Source of the DNA: an uncultured virus (IMG/VR IMGVR_UViG_3300036770_003021)
Lineage: Duplodnaviria > Heunggongvirae > Uroviricota > Caudoviricetes
DNA length: 64,000 bases
Reading direction: 5' to 3' (one strand)
IMG/VR virus record: IMGVR_UViG_3300036770_003021
Span: 1-64,000 of that record
In this document: piece by piece, positions 28,941 through 40,097 of the stretch
How positions within the stretch are numbered: position 1 is the stretch's first letter
Layout: each line of letters begins with the position of its first letter
Notes under the pieces: model-generated
What the model was told of the DNA's origin: nothing
Database searches by the model: none
The model's input: the letters and a program-made list of their open reading frames with translations, nothing else
Made by a program: the position numbers and the translations under genes

Positions 28941-31900
28941 TTAAGCTCTAACAAATTCAGCTCTTACAGCTACACAATCATATAATGTATTATTATAATA
29001 TTCACAAGCCAATCTACAACTACCTGCTACTTGCGCATTGGCTTGTCTAGGTACAAACAATCCAACGTTATATAAGCTACTTGCATTTGTAAAGTCTAAT
29101 GTACAAGTACCAGCAACAGTGTAATACGCATCCACAAATGCGGTGGTAAAATTAACAGTATAATCACCAACGCCATTGTCTGTGATTGATGATACGTTAT
29201 TTGATCCGTTAATAGCAACTGTGCCTGTACCATTGAAATAAACATAAGCTCTAACAGGTGACCCACCAACAGATGAACCACTTGTGCCACTCGTTCCTGT
29301 AGCACCACTAGATCCAGGACTACCATTTGCACCACTAGTACCACTGGTACCATTAACACCGCTTGTACCGTTGACTCCAGTGGTACCACTACTACCTGGA
29401 CTGCCATTCGCACCGCTAGTACCACTAGTACCGCTTACCCCGGTAGTACCACTGCTACCCGGACTGCCTGGACTACCATTTGCACCGCTAGTACCACTTG
29501 TTCCATTAGCGCCACCAGTACGATAATTAACATTTCCAGAAGCATCGATGGTCAAGAAATTTGCATCGGATGCAGATGATACTGTTCTGATTCTTAGAGT
29601 ACCATTAATATCAAGTTTTTGGGTAGGACTTGTTGTTCCTATACCAACGTTACCGTCATTTTTAATTCTTACTCTTTCGGCGTTATCCAAATCAAATCCA
29701 CTAGTATGCAATGCTAATCCAACCATTCTGTTATAACCAGCACTATTTTCTTCGCTTACAGCATATACACACGCAGATTTTCCTTTGATGTTTATGGAAT
29801 CAATAGAACCATTCATCTTGATGCCCCATTTAGCACCACCGTTAGATACCGAAGCCGGACTTGCTCCAAATGGAGCAGTCAATACTACGAAGTCATTAAC
29901 TTTATTAGCATCCATATAGGTACTGGTAGTAGCAGTACCAAGTTGAATTCTCGATCCTGTATTGTTTGTAGCAATCACAGTTAAGGTAGCAGTTGGACTA
30001 CTTGTGCCTATGCCAACATTGCCACCTGCTTCAATTCGCATTCTTTCACTGCCGCCGTTTGTGAAAGTAAATGGTCTATATGTTCCGCCATAAAAAGTTG
30101 AAGCGAAATCTAAAGCAGATGATCCGGCTTGTATTTGTAAAATGCCACCAGAAGCAGATTCGGTTATGCGTACAACACCATAAACTTCTAATTTTGTAGC
30201 TGGAACTGTTGTACCTATACCAACGCAGCCGTTTTGTAAAATAGTAACCAATCTTGTATCCGATCCGTTACTAAAAGAAAATGACTCATTGGTATCACGC
30301 ATACCAACCAACCATTTATCAGATCCATTGTATTTTAATCTCAATGCTTGATCTCTTGTACCCGTGCTATCAAGACATAAAATAGAAGTGTCTGTAGATA
30401 CAACATTTATAATACCATAACCACCTGTATGTGATCCTCTGATGTCAAGCTTAGAAATAGGCGAATATGTACCAATACCAACCGCAGATGTAGTTGTTGT
30501 TAATACGGGGGTTATATCATACAACGTAGACATTCCATAATTTGCCGAGGTTGTTTGTGTAAATGTCCATCCTGCTGAATAATCTCCTGATGCATAACGT
30601 GTTGTATATAAATTAACGGTGAATCTTGCGTAATAATATGTGGATCCCAAACCAGCAAAACAAATATTAATATAACCGCTACTATCTTTAGCTAGATATT
30701 TTACAAATCCGTCATTGCCATTATCAACCATACTATAGTTAATAGGCGCATTTGATGGACCATAATCATAAAATACAACTTTGAAATCTACCAAGGTACT
30801 ATTACCATACACATATCCCAATACATGTACGATAGCCATTTCATAACTTGTACCTATCAAAAATGGAGTTTTGATTACATATCCGCCTGTACCATTATTA
30901 TCTAACTTGTAACTTACAACATTTGGTATTTGTGAAAAAGTACCATCATAATATCTCATTCTACCATTGTATAAATCAAATTTTACGGTTGGACTACTTG
31001 AACCTATACCCACGTTACCATCAGCCGCAATACGCATTTTTTCATTATTATTAGTTAAAAATCTCATATAACCATTGTTATATTGATTAATATCTAAATT
31101 TGATCCGCCACCATAATAAATACCACCATCATTTGTGATGGTACTGGTTGTTTTTAAGGTACCCGCAACTTCCAATTTATAGGTAGGATTTGTTGTTCCT
31201 ATTCCAACGTTACCACCATAAGGTTGAAGAATTAATTTACTATTATCTCCTACACCTGGATTATAAGCTCTCAGTTCGGCAAAATTATTGGTACCATCAA
31301 CACCAATTTTTAGAACATTAGTTCCTGAGGTTGATTTTAAATATATTAATCCTTTATTATCTCCTTGACTATTTGATGATTCAATATGAACCATTGCTAT
31401 TGGAGATGTTGTGCCTATACCAACATTACCAGAAGTATTAATAATAGCAGATACAGCAAAATTTTCAGAACCATAAGTTTGGTTTACTATAAATCTAATG
31501 TCTCCGGTGCTGACTACACCAGATGCTCCACCTGACCATAATGAAACACTTCCACCCGACGATCTTGCCCATATAAAATTATTACCTCCAGAAGTACTTC
31601 CAAAATTAGAAGTTCCTCCACCATATACAACATCAAGTTTGCCACCCGGACTACTTGAACCTATACCAACATTGCCTGATTCGTTTACTCTAAATAATTC
31701 TGTGCCCGATTTAACCGAATTGTTTTGTACAATAAACGCTCTATCAGTTTCATTATTATTTGAGTCAATACTAAGATAAACATTTCCAGCACCGGCCAAA
31801 TATAAAGCGTTACCAGATGCCGCATTTTGAACCAAACTTAAATCATAGTTATTATCACGTTTTAAATATATGTTTGTGTTATCACCAGCAGCGGTGCCAA

Positions 31901-34280
31901 AATTAATTTCCCCAGCATATGCACCTGACGCAGCTCTTATAGAACCAGAAACCACATCCAATTTAGCAGCTGGAGCAGTTGTTCCAATACCAACGTTACT
32001 ACCATAACCAACAGACATAATAACCGCAGGAGTCACGTTGGCAGATCTATTAATAGCAAAATCAATTCTAGTATCAGTGCCGCTATTCCAATATGGTCTT
32101 ATCCAAGACTGATAAGCGGTCGTAGTATCATAACGCATTACGATACCATTAGCTTGTGTACTGGCTATATCCAATTTTGTTGTAGGACTTGTTGTGCCTA
32201 TACCAACGTTACCACCACCTAGTATGGTTAATCTGTCAGTTGAATTTGTTCTTAATGTCAACGCTCTAACAGCGCTATCATGACCAATATAACTTGCGGT
32301 GTCATCCATCGTAAACGTTGTTGTATAACCGGATGTAGATGTTCCTGAAAATATATAATTTGACGCAGCATTTGTTCTAATTTCCAATTTACCGCCAGGA
32401 GTTGTTGTGCCTATACCAACGTTACCATTAAATTTAATTCTAACTTTTTCAGATCTTATAGTACCAGCATCTGATGTGTAGAATACAAGATCACCAGATT
32501 CAGCCCCATTCGTATTTGTTATAACATGCGTGCCTAGTCCGCCATATTCATGTTCATTACCAACACTATCATTTAATGTAAAATATAAGTTGGAACCATT
32601 TCCAACTGTACCATCATTCATATGCAAATATAAAAGCCCATAATTTGCAGCCGTACCAGAATAACCAGATTTCTTCAGTCTAAATGGTACGGGGGTGGTA
32701 GTTCCTGTATGTTCAAATAGAGTTGTTACATCATTTCTATTACCCACATCAACATAAAATGCATTACCTGTGCCACCATTATTATTAACCACAAATTTGG
32801 CGCCAGGACTTGTTGTGCCTATGCCAACGTTACCGTCATCTTGAATTCCCATGTACCAAGTACTTCCAGCATTGTTACCTATATACATTTTTGTGTTATA
32901 GTAATCAAATTGGAAACCATTTCCCCCGCCATCTGCCGCAAATAGTAAATCACCTCCATTTAAACTTATAGACCCATCTGTAACTGTTGTGGCTAAAGCC
33001 GTTCCATTTACTTGTAATTTAGCACCAGGACTACTTGTGCCTATACCAACATTGCCATTTGCATCTATGATTGCACTTTGAGTTGTTCCTCTGTAAAATG
33101 CTATCTTACCACTACTCCAAGTGTTTACTTCCATTTGACCTGATGAAACGTTCATTCCTCCAACAGCTGATCCATCATCATATACTCTCAATTTTACATT
33201 TGATCCGGCAGAATTACTAAATGTGCCACCCAAACTTAATATTTCTGGAGTAGCAGTTGAAGTACTTGTTAAATTGCCTAATTGTAATCTATATAATGGA
33301 CTTGTTGTTCCTATACCAACATTGCCGCCAGCAAGTATAGTAAGTCTTGGTGTAGAATTTGTGCTTAGTCTCAAATCTGCACTGTTACTATTAGAAACTA
33401 GAATAAAACTGGTACCATTAAATGACATATCAGCATTACCAACCGCTCCAGAAGGTTCTAAATTTAGACCTGGAGTTGTTGCTCCTTTAACTAAAATACT
33501 ACCGCTTTGTATATGTAATTTAGTAGATGGACCTGTTGTGCCTATACCTACATTTCCGTTATTGTTAATAACCATTTTTGTAGTTAATGTTCCTAATGCA
33601 CCTGTGTTTGTTTTGAAAGCTAAAATACCTTGGTAACCTCCACCTGTCCAAATTTGTTCAATTTGAGCAGGTTCCCAACCATCAGCGTTACGATAAAATC
33701 TAATTTTTCTCCCACTATCTAATGATGTTGCATCCGATGCGGCTAAAATTATACTACCTTCTACAGATAATTTTTCACTTACTGTGGTGGTACCTATGCC
33801 CACATTGCCCGTACTAGTAATACGCATTCTTTCAGTGCCGTTGGTATAGAATCTTGTATTACCGTGGGTATAATTGGCATTATTTTTTGTCAATTGTCCT
33901 ATTTCAAGACTTCCGCCAGCCGCACCATATGTTCCTGGCGTATAATAAATTCCAGCTTGAGCATCCCAATCCCAATTTGAACCTAAAATCAAACCATTTG
34001 TGGCATTATTACCAATCATCCACAAATTACCATCATTGTATCCTAATAAATCAAATCCATAATATCTGACACGTTCATATCCTTGAGTTAACTTAGCTAC
34101 AACAACATTTGAAGTTCCAGCTCCAATTTCAAATTTATAGTTAGGATTTTTTGTGCCTATACCAACCGATCCTTGTACATACAATCTAGAAGCGGTTAAA
34201 CTGCCACTGAAACCACTAGCTTTTATAAATTGCGTAGCTATAATTGATCCTGTAATTCTAGCGCCTTGTAATATTGCCAT
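28941..34280 (-). CDS. Long tail fibre / adhesin with GNVGIGT repeats
   Basis: About 17 (G)xVGIG(T/S) repeats separating variable beta-rich modules, a short GTS segment, C-terminal AYVYFNG..NVSSITDNG.GDYTVNF domain. Confidence 0.8.
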   Translation of the reverse strand: MAILQGARITGSIIATQFIKASGFSGSLTASRLYVQGSVGIGTKNPNYKFEIGAGTSNVVVAKLTQGYERVRYYGFDLLGYNDGNLWMIGNNATNGLILGSNWDWDAQAGIYYTPGTYGAAGGSLEIGQLTKNNANYTHGNTRFYTNGTERMRITSTGNVGIGTTTVSEKLSVEGSIILAASDATSLDSGRKIRFYRNADGWEPAQIEQIWTGGGYQGILAFKTNTGALGTLTTKMVINNNGNVGIGTTGPSTKLHIQSGSILVKGATTPGLNLEPSGAVGNADMSFNGTSFILVSNSNSADLRLSTNSTPRLTILAGGNVGIGTTSPLYRLQLGNLTSTSTATPEILSLGGTFSNSAGSNVKLRVYDDGSAVGGMNVSSGQMEVNTWSSGKIAFYRGTTQSAIIDANGNVGIGTSSPGAKLQVNGTALATTVTDGSISLNGGDLLFAADGGGNGFQFDYYNTKMYIGNNAGSTWYMGIQDDGNVGIGTTSPGAKFVVNNNGGTGNAFYVDVGNRNDVTTLFEHTGTTTPVPFRLKKSGYSGTAANYGLLYLHMNDGTVGNGSNLYFTLNDSVGNEHEYGGLGTHVITNTNGAESGDLVFYTSDAGTIRSEKVRIKFNGNVGIGTTTPGGKLEIRTNAASNYIFSGTSTSGYTTTFTMDDTASYIGHDSAVRALTLRTNSTDRLTILGGGNVGIGTTSPTTKLDIASTQANGIVMRYDTTTAYQSWIRPYWNSGTDTRIDFAINRSANVTPAVIMSVGYGSNVGIGTTAPAAKLDVVSGSIRAASGAYAGEINFGTAAGDNTNIYLKRDNNYDLSLVQNAASGNALYLAGAGNVYLSIDSNNNETDRAFIVQNNSVKSGTELFRVNESGNVGIGSSSPGGKLDVVYGGGTSNFGSTSGGNNFIWARSSGGSVSLWSGGASGVVSTGDIRFIVNQTYGSENFAVSAIINTSGNVGIGTTSPIAMVHIESSNSQGDNKGLIYLKSTSGTNVLKIGVDGTNNFAELRAYNPGVGDNSKLILQPYGGNVGIGTTNPTYKLEVAGTLKTTSTITNDGGIYYGGGSNLDINQYNNGYMRFLTNNNEKMRIAADGNVGIGSSSPTVKFDLYNGRMRYYDGTFSQIPNVVSYKLDNNGTGGYVIKTPFLIGTSYEMAIVHVLGYVYGNSTLVDFKVVFYDYGPSNAPINYSMVDNGNDGFVKYLAKDSSGYINICFAGLGSTYYYARFTVNLYTTRYASGDYSAGWTFTQTTSANYGMSTLYDITPVLTTTTSAVGIGTYSPISKLDIRGSHTGGYGIINVVSTDTSILCLDSTGTRDQALRLKYNGSDKWLVGMRDTNESFSFSNGSDTRLVTILQNGCVGIGTTVPATKLEVYGVVRITESASGGILQIQAGSSALDFASTFYGGTYRPFTFTNGGSERMRIEAGGNVGIGTSSPTATLTVIATNNTGSRIQLGTATTSTYMDANKVNDFVVLTAPFGASPASVSNGGAKWGIKMNGSIDSINIKGKSACVYAVSEENSAGYNRMVGLALHTSGFDLDNAERVRIKNDGNVGIGTTSPTQKLDINGTLRIRTVSSASDANFLTIDASGNVNYRTGGANGTSGTSGANGSPGSPGSSGTTGVSGTSGTSGANGSPGSSGTTGVNGTSGVNGTSGTSGANGSPGSSGATGTSGTSGSSVGGSPVRAYVYFNGTGTVAINGSNNVSSITDNGVGDYTVNFTTAFVDAYYTVAGTCTLDFTNASSLYNVGLFVPRQANAQVAGSCRLACEYYNNTLYDCVAVRAEFVRA

Positions 34281-34289
34281 ATAATATAA

Positions 34290-37200
34290 TTATTTATTTA
34301 TCAATCGATTTATTGTTATTTGTTGTTCATCAACTATCTGCTTCAATTCTTTAACACCCTGTATCAATACAGCTGTCAATTTACTATAATTTATACCAGA
34401 TATATTACCCAACTCATCATAACTAACAAATTCAGGATATATCTTCACAACCTCTTCAGCTATCAAACCAATACTAAATTCATTGTTGTTCTTATACCTA
34501 AATGTCACCGGATTCAATAACACAATCTTGTCCAATTGCGGCGGCAATAAAGGTACAATATCCGTTTTAGTATCTTCACTAGACGTTTCTATCAATGTAG
34601 TAGCACTAACAGTTCCAGTAACCGTTAATGTAGTACCACTCACACTCAAAAAATTAACACTCTGTAACGTAGTAAGACCAGTAGTTTTTACCAAATAATT
34701 AGGCTGATCAGTAAAACTACCACCACTAATTCCACTGGTACCACTAGGAGCACTAATACCACTAGTGCCACTCGTACCACTGCTACCACTAGTTCCACTT
34801 ATACCACTACTTCCACTACTAGCACTAGCACCTCCGCCAGCACTTACACCACTTGTTCCACTTGTACCAACAGTTCCACTACTACCACTGGTTCCGCTTG
34901 TGCCACTCGTACCACTGCTACCACTTGTTCCACTGGTTCCATTTCGACCACTTGTGCCACTGCTACCACTTGTTCCGCTCGTTCCACTTGTGCCACTTGT
35001 TCCGTTTGTTCCACTTGTTCCGTTTTGACCGCTACTACCACTTGTTCCACTTGTACCGCTACTACCACTTGTACCACTACTACCACTTGTGGCACTATTA
35101 CCACTGCTACCACTATCACGACTAAATCCGCTTGTACCACTGCTACCACTAGTACCACTTGTTCCGCTTGTTCCGCTTGTTCCGCTTGTGCCACTTGTAC
35201 CACTGGTTCCATTTCTACCACTGCTACCACTAGTACCACTGCTACCACTGCTACCACTAGTTCCACTTGTTCCGCTAGTGCCACTCGTTCCATTTGTTCC
35301 GCTTGTTCCGTTTTGACCACTGCTACCACTTGTTCCACTTGTACCGCTACTACCACTTGTACCACTACTACCACTTGTGGCACTATTACCACTGCTACCA
35401 CTATCACGACTAAATCCGCTTGTACCACTGCTACCACTAGTACCACTGGTACCACTTGTTCCGCTTGTACCACTTGTGCCACTTGATCCACTTGACCCAC
35501 TTATACCAGACGATCCGCTACTACCACTGCTACCACTTGATCCACTTGTTCCACTTGTGCCACTAGTACCATTTGTACCATTTGACCCACTTATACCACT
35601 TGTTCCACTCGTTCCACTGGTACCATTTGATCCACTCGTACCACTAGTGCCACTGGTACCACTGCTCCCACTTGATCCACTTGTTCCGCTTGTGCCACTA
35701 GTACCATTTGACCCACTTGATCCACTTGACCCACTTGATCCACTTGACCCACTTGACCCACTTGATCCACTTACACCAGACGATCCGCTACTACCACTAG
35801 TACCGCTTGTGCCACTAGTACCATTTGACCCACTTATACCACTTGTGCCACTTGATCCATTACTGCCGCTTGTTCCACTTGTTCCGCTTGTGCCACTAGT
35901 ACCACTTGATCCGCTTGTACCACTTGTGCCACTTGATCCGCTTGTACCACTTGTGCCACTGCTACCACTGGTACCATTAGATCCACTTGTACCGCTTGTG
36001 CCACTAGTACCATTTGTACCACTTGTACCGTTAGATCCACTTGATCCGCTAGTACCAGACGATCCGCTACTACCACTTGTACCGTTTGATCCGCTTATAC
36101 CACTTGTGCCACTTGTACCACTGGTGCCGTTTGTTCCACTGCTACCACTTATACCAGACGATCCGCTACTACCACTTGTACCGTTGGATCCACTTGTGCC
36201 ACTTGTACCGTTAGATCCGCTTGTACCACTTGATCCACTTGATCCGCTTGTGCCACTTGATCCACTTGATCCACTTGATCCACTTGACCCACTGGTGCCG
36301 TTCGATCCGCTTGTACCACTTGTGCCACTTGATCCACTTGACCCACTTATACCAGACGATCCGCTACTACCACTAGTACCGCTTGTGCCACTAGTACCAC
36401 TAGTACCACTTGTACCGTTAGATCCACTTGTGCCACTAGTACCACTGCTTCCACTTGTGCCACTGCTTCCATTTGATCCACTTGTACCACTACTACCACT
36501 TGTACCACTTGTACCACTACTGCCACTTGTACCGTTGGATCCACTTGTGCCACTAGTACCACTGCTTCCACTTGATCCACTTGATTCACTTACGCCACTG
36601 GTGCCGCTTGTTCCATTTGTACCACTGCTGCCACTTATACCAGAAGATCCACTACTACCACTTGTGCCACTTGTGCCATTAGATCCACTTGTACCGCTTG
36701 ATCCATTTGACCCACTTGTACCACTTGATCCACTTGACCCACTTGTACCATTTGATCCACTTGACCCACTTGTACCACTTGTGCCGCTTGTACCACTTGT
36801 GCCATTAGATCCACTCGTTCCACTAGTACCGCTTGTGCCATTAGATCCGCTCGTACCACTAGTACCACTAGTGCCGCTTGTGCCGCTTGTGCCATTTGAT
36901 CCACTAGTACCACTTGATCCACTACTACCACTTGTACCGCTTGTGCCATTAGATCCACTTGTACCGCTTGTGCCACTAGTACCGCTTGTACCACTTGTGC
37001 CGTTTGATCCGCTTGTACCACTTGTGCCGTTTGATCCGCTTGTTCCACTTATACCAGATGATCCACTTGTACCGCTTGTGCCACTAGTACCACTTGTGCC
37101 ACTAGTACCACTAGTACCGCTTGTTCCACTACTACCGCTTGTACCGTTTGACCCACTTGTTCCACTTGTACCATTAGATCCGCTTGTTCCAGATGATCCA

Positions 37201-40028
37201 CTTGTTCCACTAGTACCACTTGTTCCACTACTACCAGATGTACCACTTGTACCGTTAGTACCGTTAGTACCATTAGTACCATTAGTACCATTTGATCCGC
37301 TTGTGCCATTTGATCCACTACTACCACTTGTTCCACTACTACCGCTTGTGCCACTCGTTCCACTACTACCACTTATACCAGAAGATCCACTGCTACCACT
37401 TGTACCGCTTGTGCCATTAGATCCACTTGTTCCAGATGATCCACTACTACCGCTTGTGCCACTACTACCGCTTGTACCATTAGATCCACTTGTACCACTT
37501 GTGCCACTTGTGCCACTGGTACCATTTGATCCACTACTACCGCTTGTACCATTAGATCCGCTAGTACCAGATGATCCACTACTACCGCTTGATCCGCTTG
37601 TACCAGATGATCCACTTGATCCACTTAATCCACTTGAACCACTTGAACCACTAGTACCGTTTGTACCGCTTGTACCACTAGTACCGTTTGATCCACTAGT
37701 ACCACTAGTGCCACTTGATCCGCTTGAACCACTTGAACCACTTGATCCACTTGATCCACTTGTACCGCTAGTACCACTTGATCCGCTTGTACCACTTGTG
37801 CCACTGCTACCACTGGTACCGTTAGATCCGCTAGTACCACTTGTTCCATTAGATCCACTTGTACCGGATGATCCACTTGTTCCGCTAGTACCAGACGATC
37901 CACTTGATCCGCTAGTACCGGACGATCCACTTGTTCCATTCGTTCCATTGGATCCGCTGGTACCAGATGATCCACTTGATCCGCTAGTACCAGATGATCC
38001 ACTTGAACCGCTTAATCCACTTGATCCACTTGATCCGCTCGATCCACTTGATCCACTGGTACCACTAGTACCGCTTGTACCACTAGTACCACTTGTGCCA
38101 TTAGATCCACTTGTGCCGTTTGATCCGCTAGTACCACTTGTTCCATTTGATCCACTTGTTCCACTACTACCACTTGTACCACTTGTTCCACTACTACCAC
38201 TTGTACCGCTTGTACCACTCGTTCCACTTGTACCATTTGATCCACTAGTGCCATTTGTGCCGTTTGATCCGCTTGTACCATTTGATCCACTAGTACCACT
38301 TGATCCACTTGATCCACTTGTACCGCTAGTACCACTGGTACCACTTGTTCCACTTGTGCCGCTCGTACCACTAGTGCCGTTTGTGCCATTAGATCCACTT
38401 GTTCCGCTACTGCCAGACGATCCGCTAGTACCAGATGAACCACTTGAACCACTTAACCCACTTGAACCACTTGAACCACTTGATCCGCTAGTACCGCTTG
38501 TGCCACTTGTTCCGCTAGTACCACTGGTACCATTTGTACCACTGGTACCATTTGTTCCACTTGATCCACTTGATCCACTTGATCCACTTGATCCACTTGA
38601 TCCACTTGATCCACTGGTACCACTCGTACCACTTGTACCGCTAGTGCCGCTTGTACCACTAGTGCCATTTGTACCATTAGTGCCGTTTGTACCATTTGAT
38701 CCACTTGACCCACTTGATCCACTTGATCCACTAGTACCGCTTGTACCACTTGTGCCGCTTGTACCACTTGTGCCGCTTGTACCACTAGTACCGCTTGTAC
38801 CACTTGTGCCGCTTGTACCACTGGTGCCATTTGTCCCATTACTACCGGATGATCCACTATTACCAGATGATCCACTTGTACCGCTTGTACCAGATGTACC
38901 ACTTGTTCCACTAGTACCACTTGTGCCACTGGTACCATTTGTGCCGCTTGTGCCGTTTGAACCACTGCTTCCACTTATACCAGATGTGCCACTTGTGCCA
39001 CTAGATCCGCTCGATCCACTTGACCCACTGGTACCACTCGTACCACTAGTACCACTGGTGCCACTGGATCCGCTTGTACCACTTGTACCACTTGATCCAC
39101 TTGTACCACTTGATCCGCTGCTACCACTTGTACCACTGCTACCACTTGTTCCACTTGTGCCACTAGATCCGCTTGTACCACTTGTACCACTGCTACCACT
39201 AGTACCGTTTGTGCCACTTGTACCACTGGTACCACTGGTACCACTAGTACCACTTGTTCCGCTACTACCACTTGTTCCGCTGCTTCCACTGGTGCCTGAT
39301 CTACCGCTTGATCCTCTTGTACCACTTGTGCCGGTTGTACCGCTTGTAGTACTTGTACCACTTGATCCGCTTGATCCATCTAATAAACCGCTACTGCCGC
39401 TTGTACCACTGCTTCCATTTTCTCCACTGGTTCCACTGGTTCCTATATCGCCACTTTGACCGCTACTACCACCCTCACCATTTGTACCGCTTGTGCCTTG
39501 ACTACCACTGGTACCTGAAGATGTGCTTGTACCGCTTGTGCCGCTTGTATTGCTTGTTCCGCTTGATCCAGCTGATCCTTTTTCTCCGCTGCTGCCACTA
39601 CTACCACTAGTGCCTGTGCCTGAAGTACCACTGGTGCTGATATTACCGCTTACACCTATGATGTATCCGCATGCATCAAACGAAAAAGTTATAGTTGCGG
39701 TATTATCGTTATTAAGTACTATTGTTTCTGGTATTAATTGATTGAAATTTTCGTCGTATGTTTGAATTAATACTAGATCTGAGTTTAAATTATGATCAAA
39801 TACCCAAGTTTTTGATTTTTGATCGCATGGTATTTGTTTAGTAGCAACATTGTTGAAAAACTGAGAACTGGTTCGGCAATAAATAATTTTACGTAATTCG
39901 TCGATTATTTTAAGAAACAGCTCTGTAGTAGGATCTTTAAAAGTCGCTGTTAATTTTTTATAATCATACAGAGCATTATCCAATTTTATTGGAGAAACCT
40001 CGCATGGATCTTTCTTTAATGTTGACAT
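34290..40028 (-). CDS. Giant Gly-X-Ser/Asn triplet-repeat fibre with C-terminal intramolecular chaperone (peptidase S74-like)
   Basis: About 1,640 aa of GTS/GSS/GSN/GTN triplets; C-terminal TSS..TK..I...LNPVTFRY...IGLIAEEV...INYSKLTAVLIQGVKEL; N-terminal W.F.HNLN...IQTYD. Confidence 0.8.
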   Translation of the reverse strand: MSTLKKDPCEVSPIKLDNALYDYKKLTATFKDPTTELFLKIIDELRKIIYCRTSSQFFNNVATKQIPCDQKSKTWVFDHNLNSDLVLIQTYDENFNQLIPETIVLNNDNTATITFSFDACGYIIGVSGNISTSGTSGTGTSGSSGSSGEKGSAGSSGTSNTSGTSGTSTSSGTSGSQGTSGTNGEGGSSGQSGDIGTSGTSGENGSSGTSGSSGLLDGSSGSSGTSTTSGTTGTSGTRGSSGRSGTSGSSGTSGSSGTSGTSGTSGTSGTSGTNGTSGSSGTSGTSGSSGTSGTSGSSGTSGSSGSSGTSGSSGTSGTSGSSGTSGTSGTSGTSGSSGSSGSSGTSGTSGISGSSGSNGTSGTNGTSGTSGTSGTSGTSGTSGTSGSSGNSGSSGSNGTNGTSGTSGTSGTSGTSGTSGTSGTSGTSGTSGTSGSSGSSGSSGSNGTNGTNGTNGTSGTSGTSGTSGTSGTSGSSGSSGSSGSSGSSGSSGTNGTSGTNGTSGTSGTSGTSGTSGSSGSSGSSGLSGSSGSSGTSGSSGSSGTSGSNGTNGTSGTSGTSGTSGTSGTSGTSGSSGSSGTSGSNGTSGSNGTNGTSGSNGTSGTSGTSGTSGSSGTSGTSGSSGTSGSNGTSGTSGSNGTSGSNGTSGTSGTSGTSGTSGSSGSSGSSGSSGLSGSSGSSGTSGSSGSSGTSGSNGTNGTSGSSGTSGSSGSSGTSGTSGSSGTSGSNGTSGTSGSNGTSGSSGTSGTSGSSGTSGTSGSSGSSGSSGSSGSSGTSGTSGSNGTSGTSGTNGTSGSSGSSGLSGSSGSSGTSGSSGSSGSSGTSGSNGTSGSSGSNGTSGTSGTSGTSGSNGTSGSSGTSGSSGSSGTSGSNGTSGTSGSSGSSGISGSSGTSGTSGSSGTSGSSGSNGTSGSNGTNGTNGTNGTNGTSGTSGSSGTSGTSGTSGSSGTSGSNGTSGTSGSNGTSGSSGTSGTSGTSGTSGTSGTSGTSGSSGISGTSGSNGTSGTSGSNGTSGTSGTSGTSGTSGSNGTSGTSGSSGSSGTSGSNGTSGTSGTSGTSGTSGSNGTSGTSGTSGSNGTSGTSGTSGTSGSSGSNGTSGSSGSSGTSGSNGSSGTSGSNGTSGTSGSSGSSGISGSSGTNGTSGTSGVSESSGSSGSSGTSGTSGSNGTSGSSGTSGTSGSSGTSGSNGSSGTSGSSGTSGTSGSNGTSGTSGTSGTSGTSGSSGSSGISGSSGSSGTSGTSGSNGTSGSSGSSGSSGSSGTSGSSGSSGTSGSNGTSGTSGSNGTSGSSGSSGISGSSGTNGTSGTSGTSGISGSNGTSGSSGSSGTSGSSGSNGTSGTNGTSGTSGTSGSNGTSGSSGTSGTSGSSGTSGTSGSSGTSGTSGTSGTSGSNGSSGTSGISGSNGTSGTSGTSGSSGSSGVSGSSGSSGSSGSSGSSGSSGSNGTSGTSGTSGSSGSSGTSGTSGTSGSNGTSGTSGTSGISGSNGTNGTSGTSGTSGSSGSSGSSGSSGISGSSGSSGTSGTSGTSGTSGTSGSSGTSGFSRDSGSSGNSATSGSSGTSGSSGTSGTSGSSGQNGTSGTNGTSGTSGTSGTSGSSGSSGTSGSSGRNGTSGTSGTSGTSGTSGTSGTSGSSGTSGFSRDSGSSGNSATSGSSGTSGSSGTSGTSGSSGQNGTSGTNGTSGTSGTSGTSGSSGTSGRNGTSGTSGSSGTSGTSGTSGSSGTVGTSGTSGVSAGGGASASSGSSGISGTSGSSGTSGTSGISAPSGTSGISGGSFTDQPNYLVKTTGLTTLQSVNFLSVSGTTLTVTGTVSATTLIETSSEDTKTDIVPLLPPQLDKIVLLNPVTFRYKNNNEFSIGLIAEEVVKIYPEFVSYDELGNISGINYSKLTAVLIQGVKELKQIVDEQQITINRLINK
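34720..39640. repeat. ~4.9-kb 9-nt-period coding repeat, including a 288-bp-period duplication (35021-35159 / 35309-35447)
   Basis: Units such as ccacttgta/ccacttgat/ccactagta on the plus strand; GFSRDSGSSGNSATSG occurs twice. Confidence 0.95.
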
Positions 40029-40097
40029 TTCTTATAAATATAACGATACGGTTAAGTAACACCGTGTAAGTGTTAAAAACATAAATATTAATTATAT

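Noticed and set aside
28941..34280. Diversity-generating retroelement or invertase shufflon acting on the fibre
   Set aside because: No reverse transcriptase, template/variable repeat pair, recombinase or inverted cassettes in the window.
35377..39459. 1360-aa plus-strand PLVPLD ORF and the many V/Q/A-rich alternative-frame ORFs
   Set aside because: Shadow frames of the 9-nt Gly-X-Ser repeat, which lacks stops in those frames; no start context or unique domains.
34720..39640. Possible CRISPR array or non-coding satellite
   Set aside because: No repeat-spacer structure; variation is mostly synonymous in the Gly-X-Ser frame, and the ORF has unique N- and C-terminal domains.
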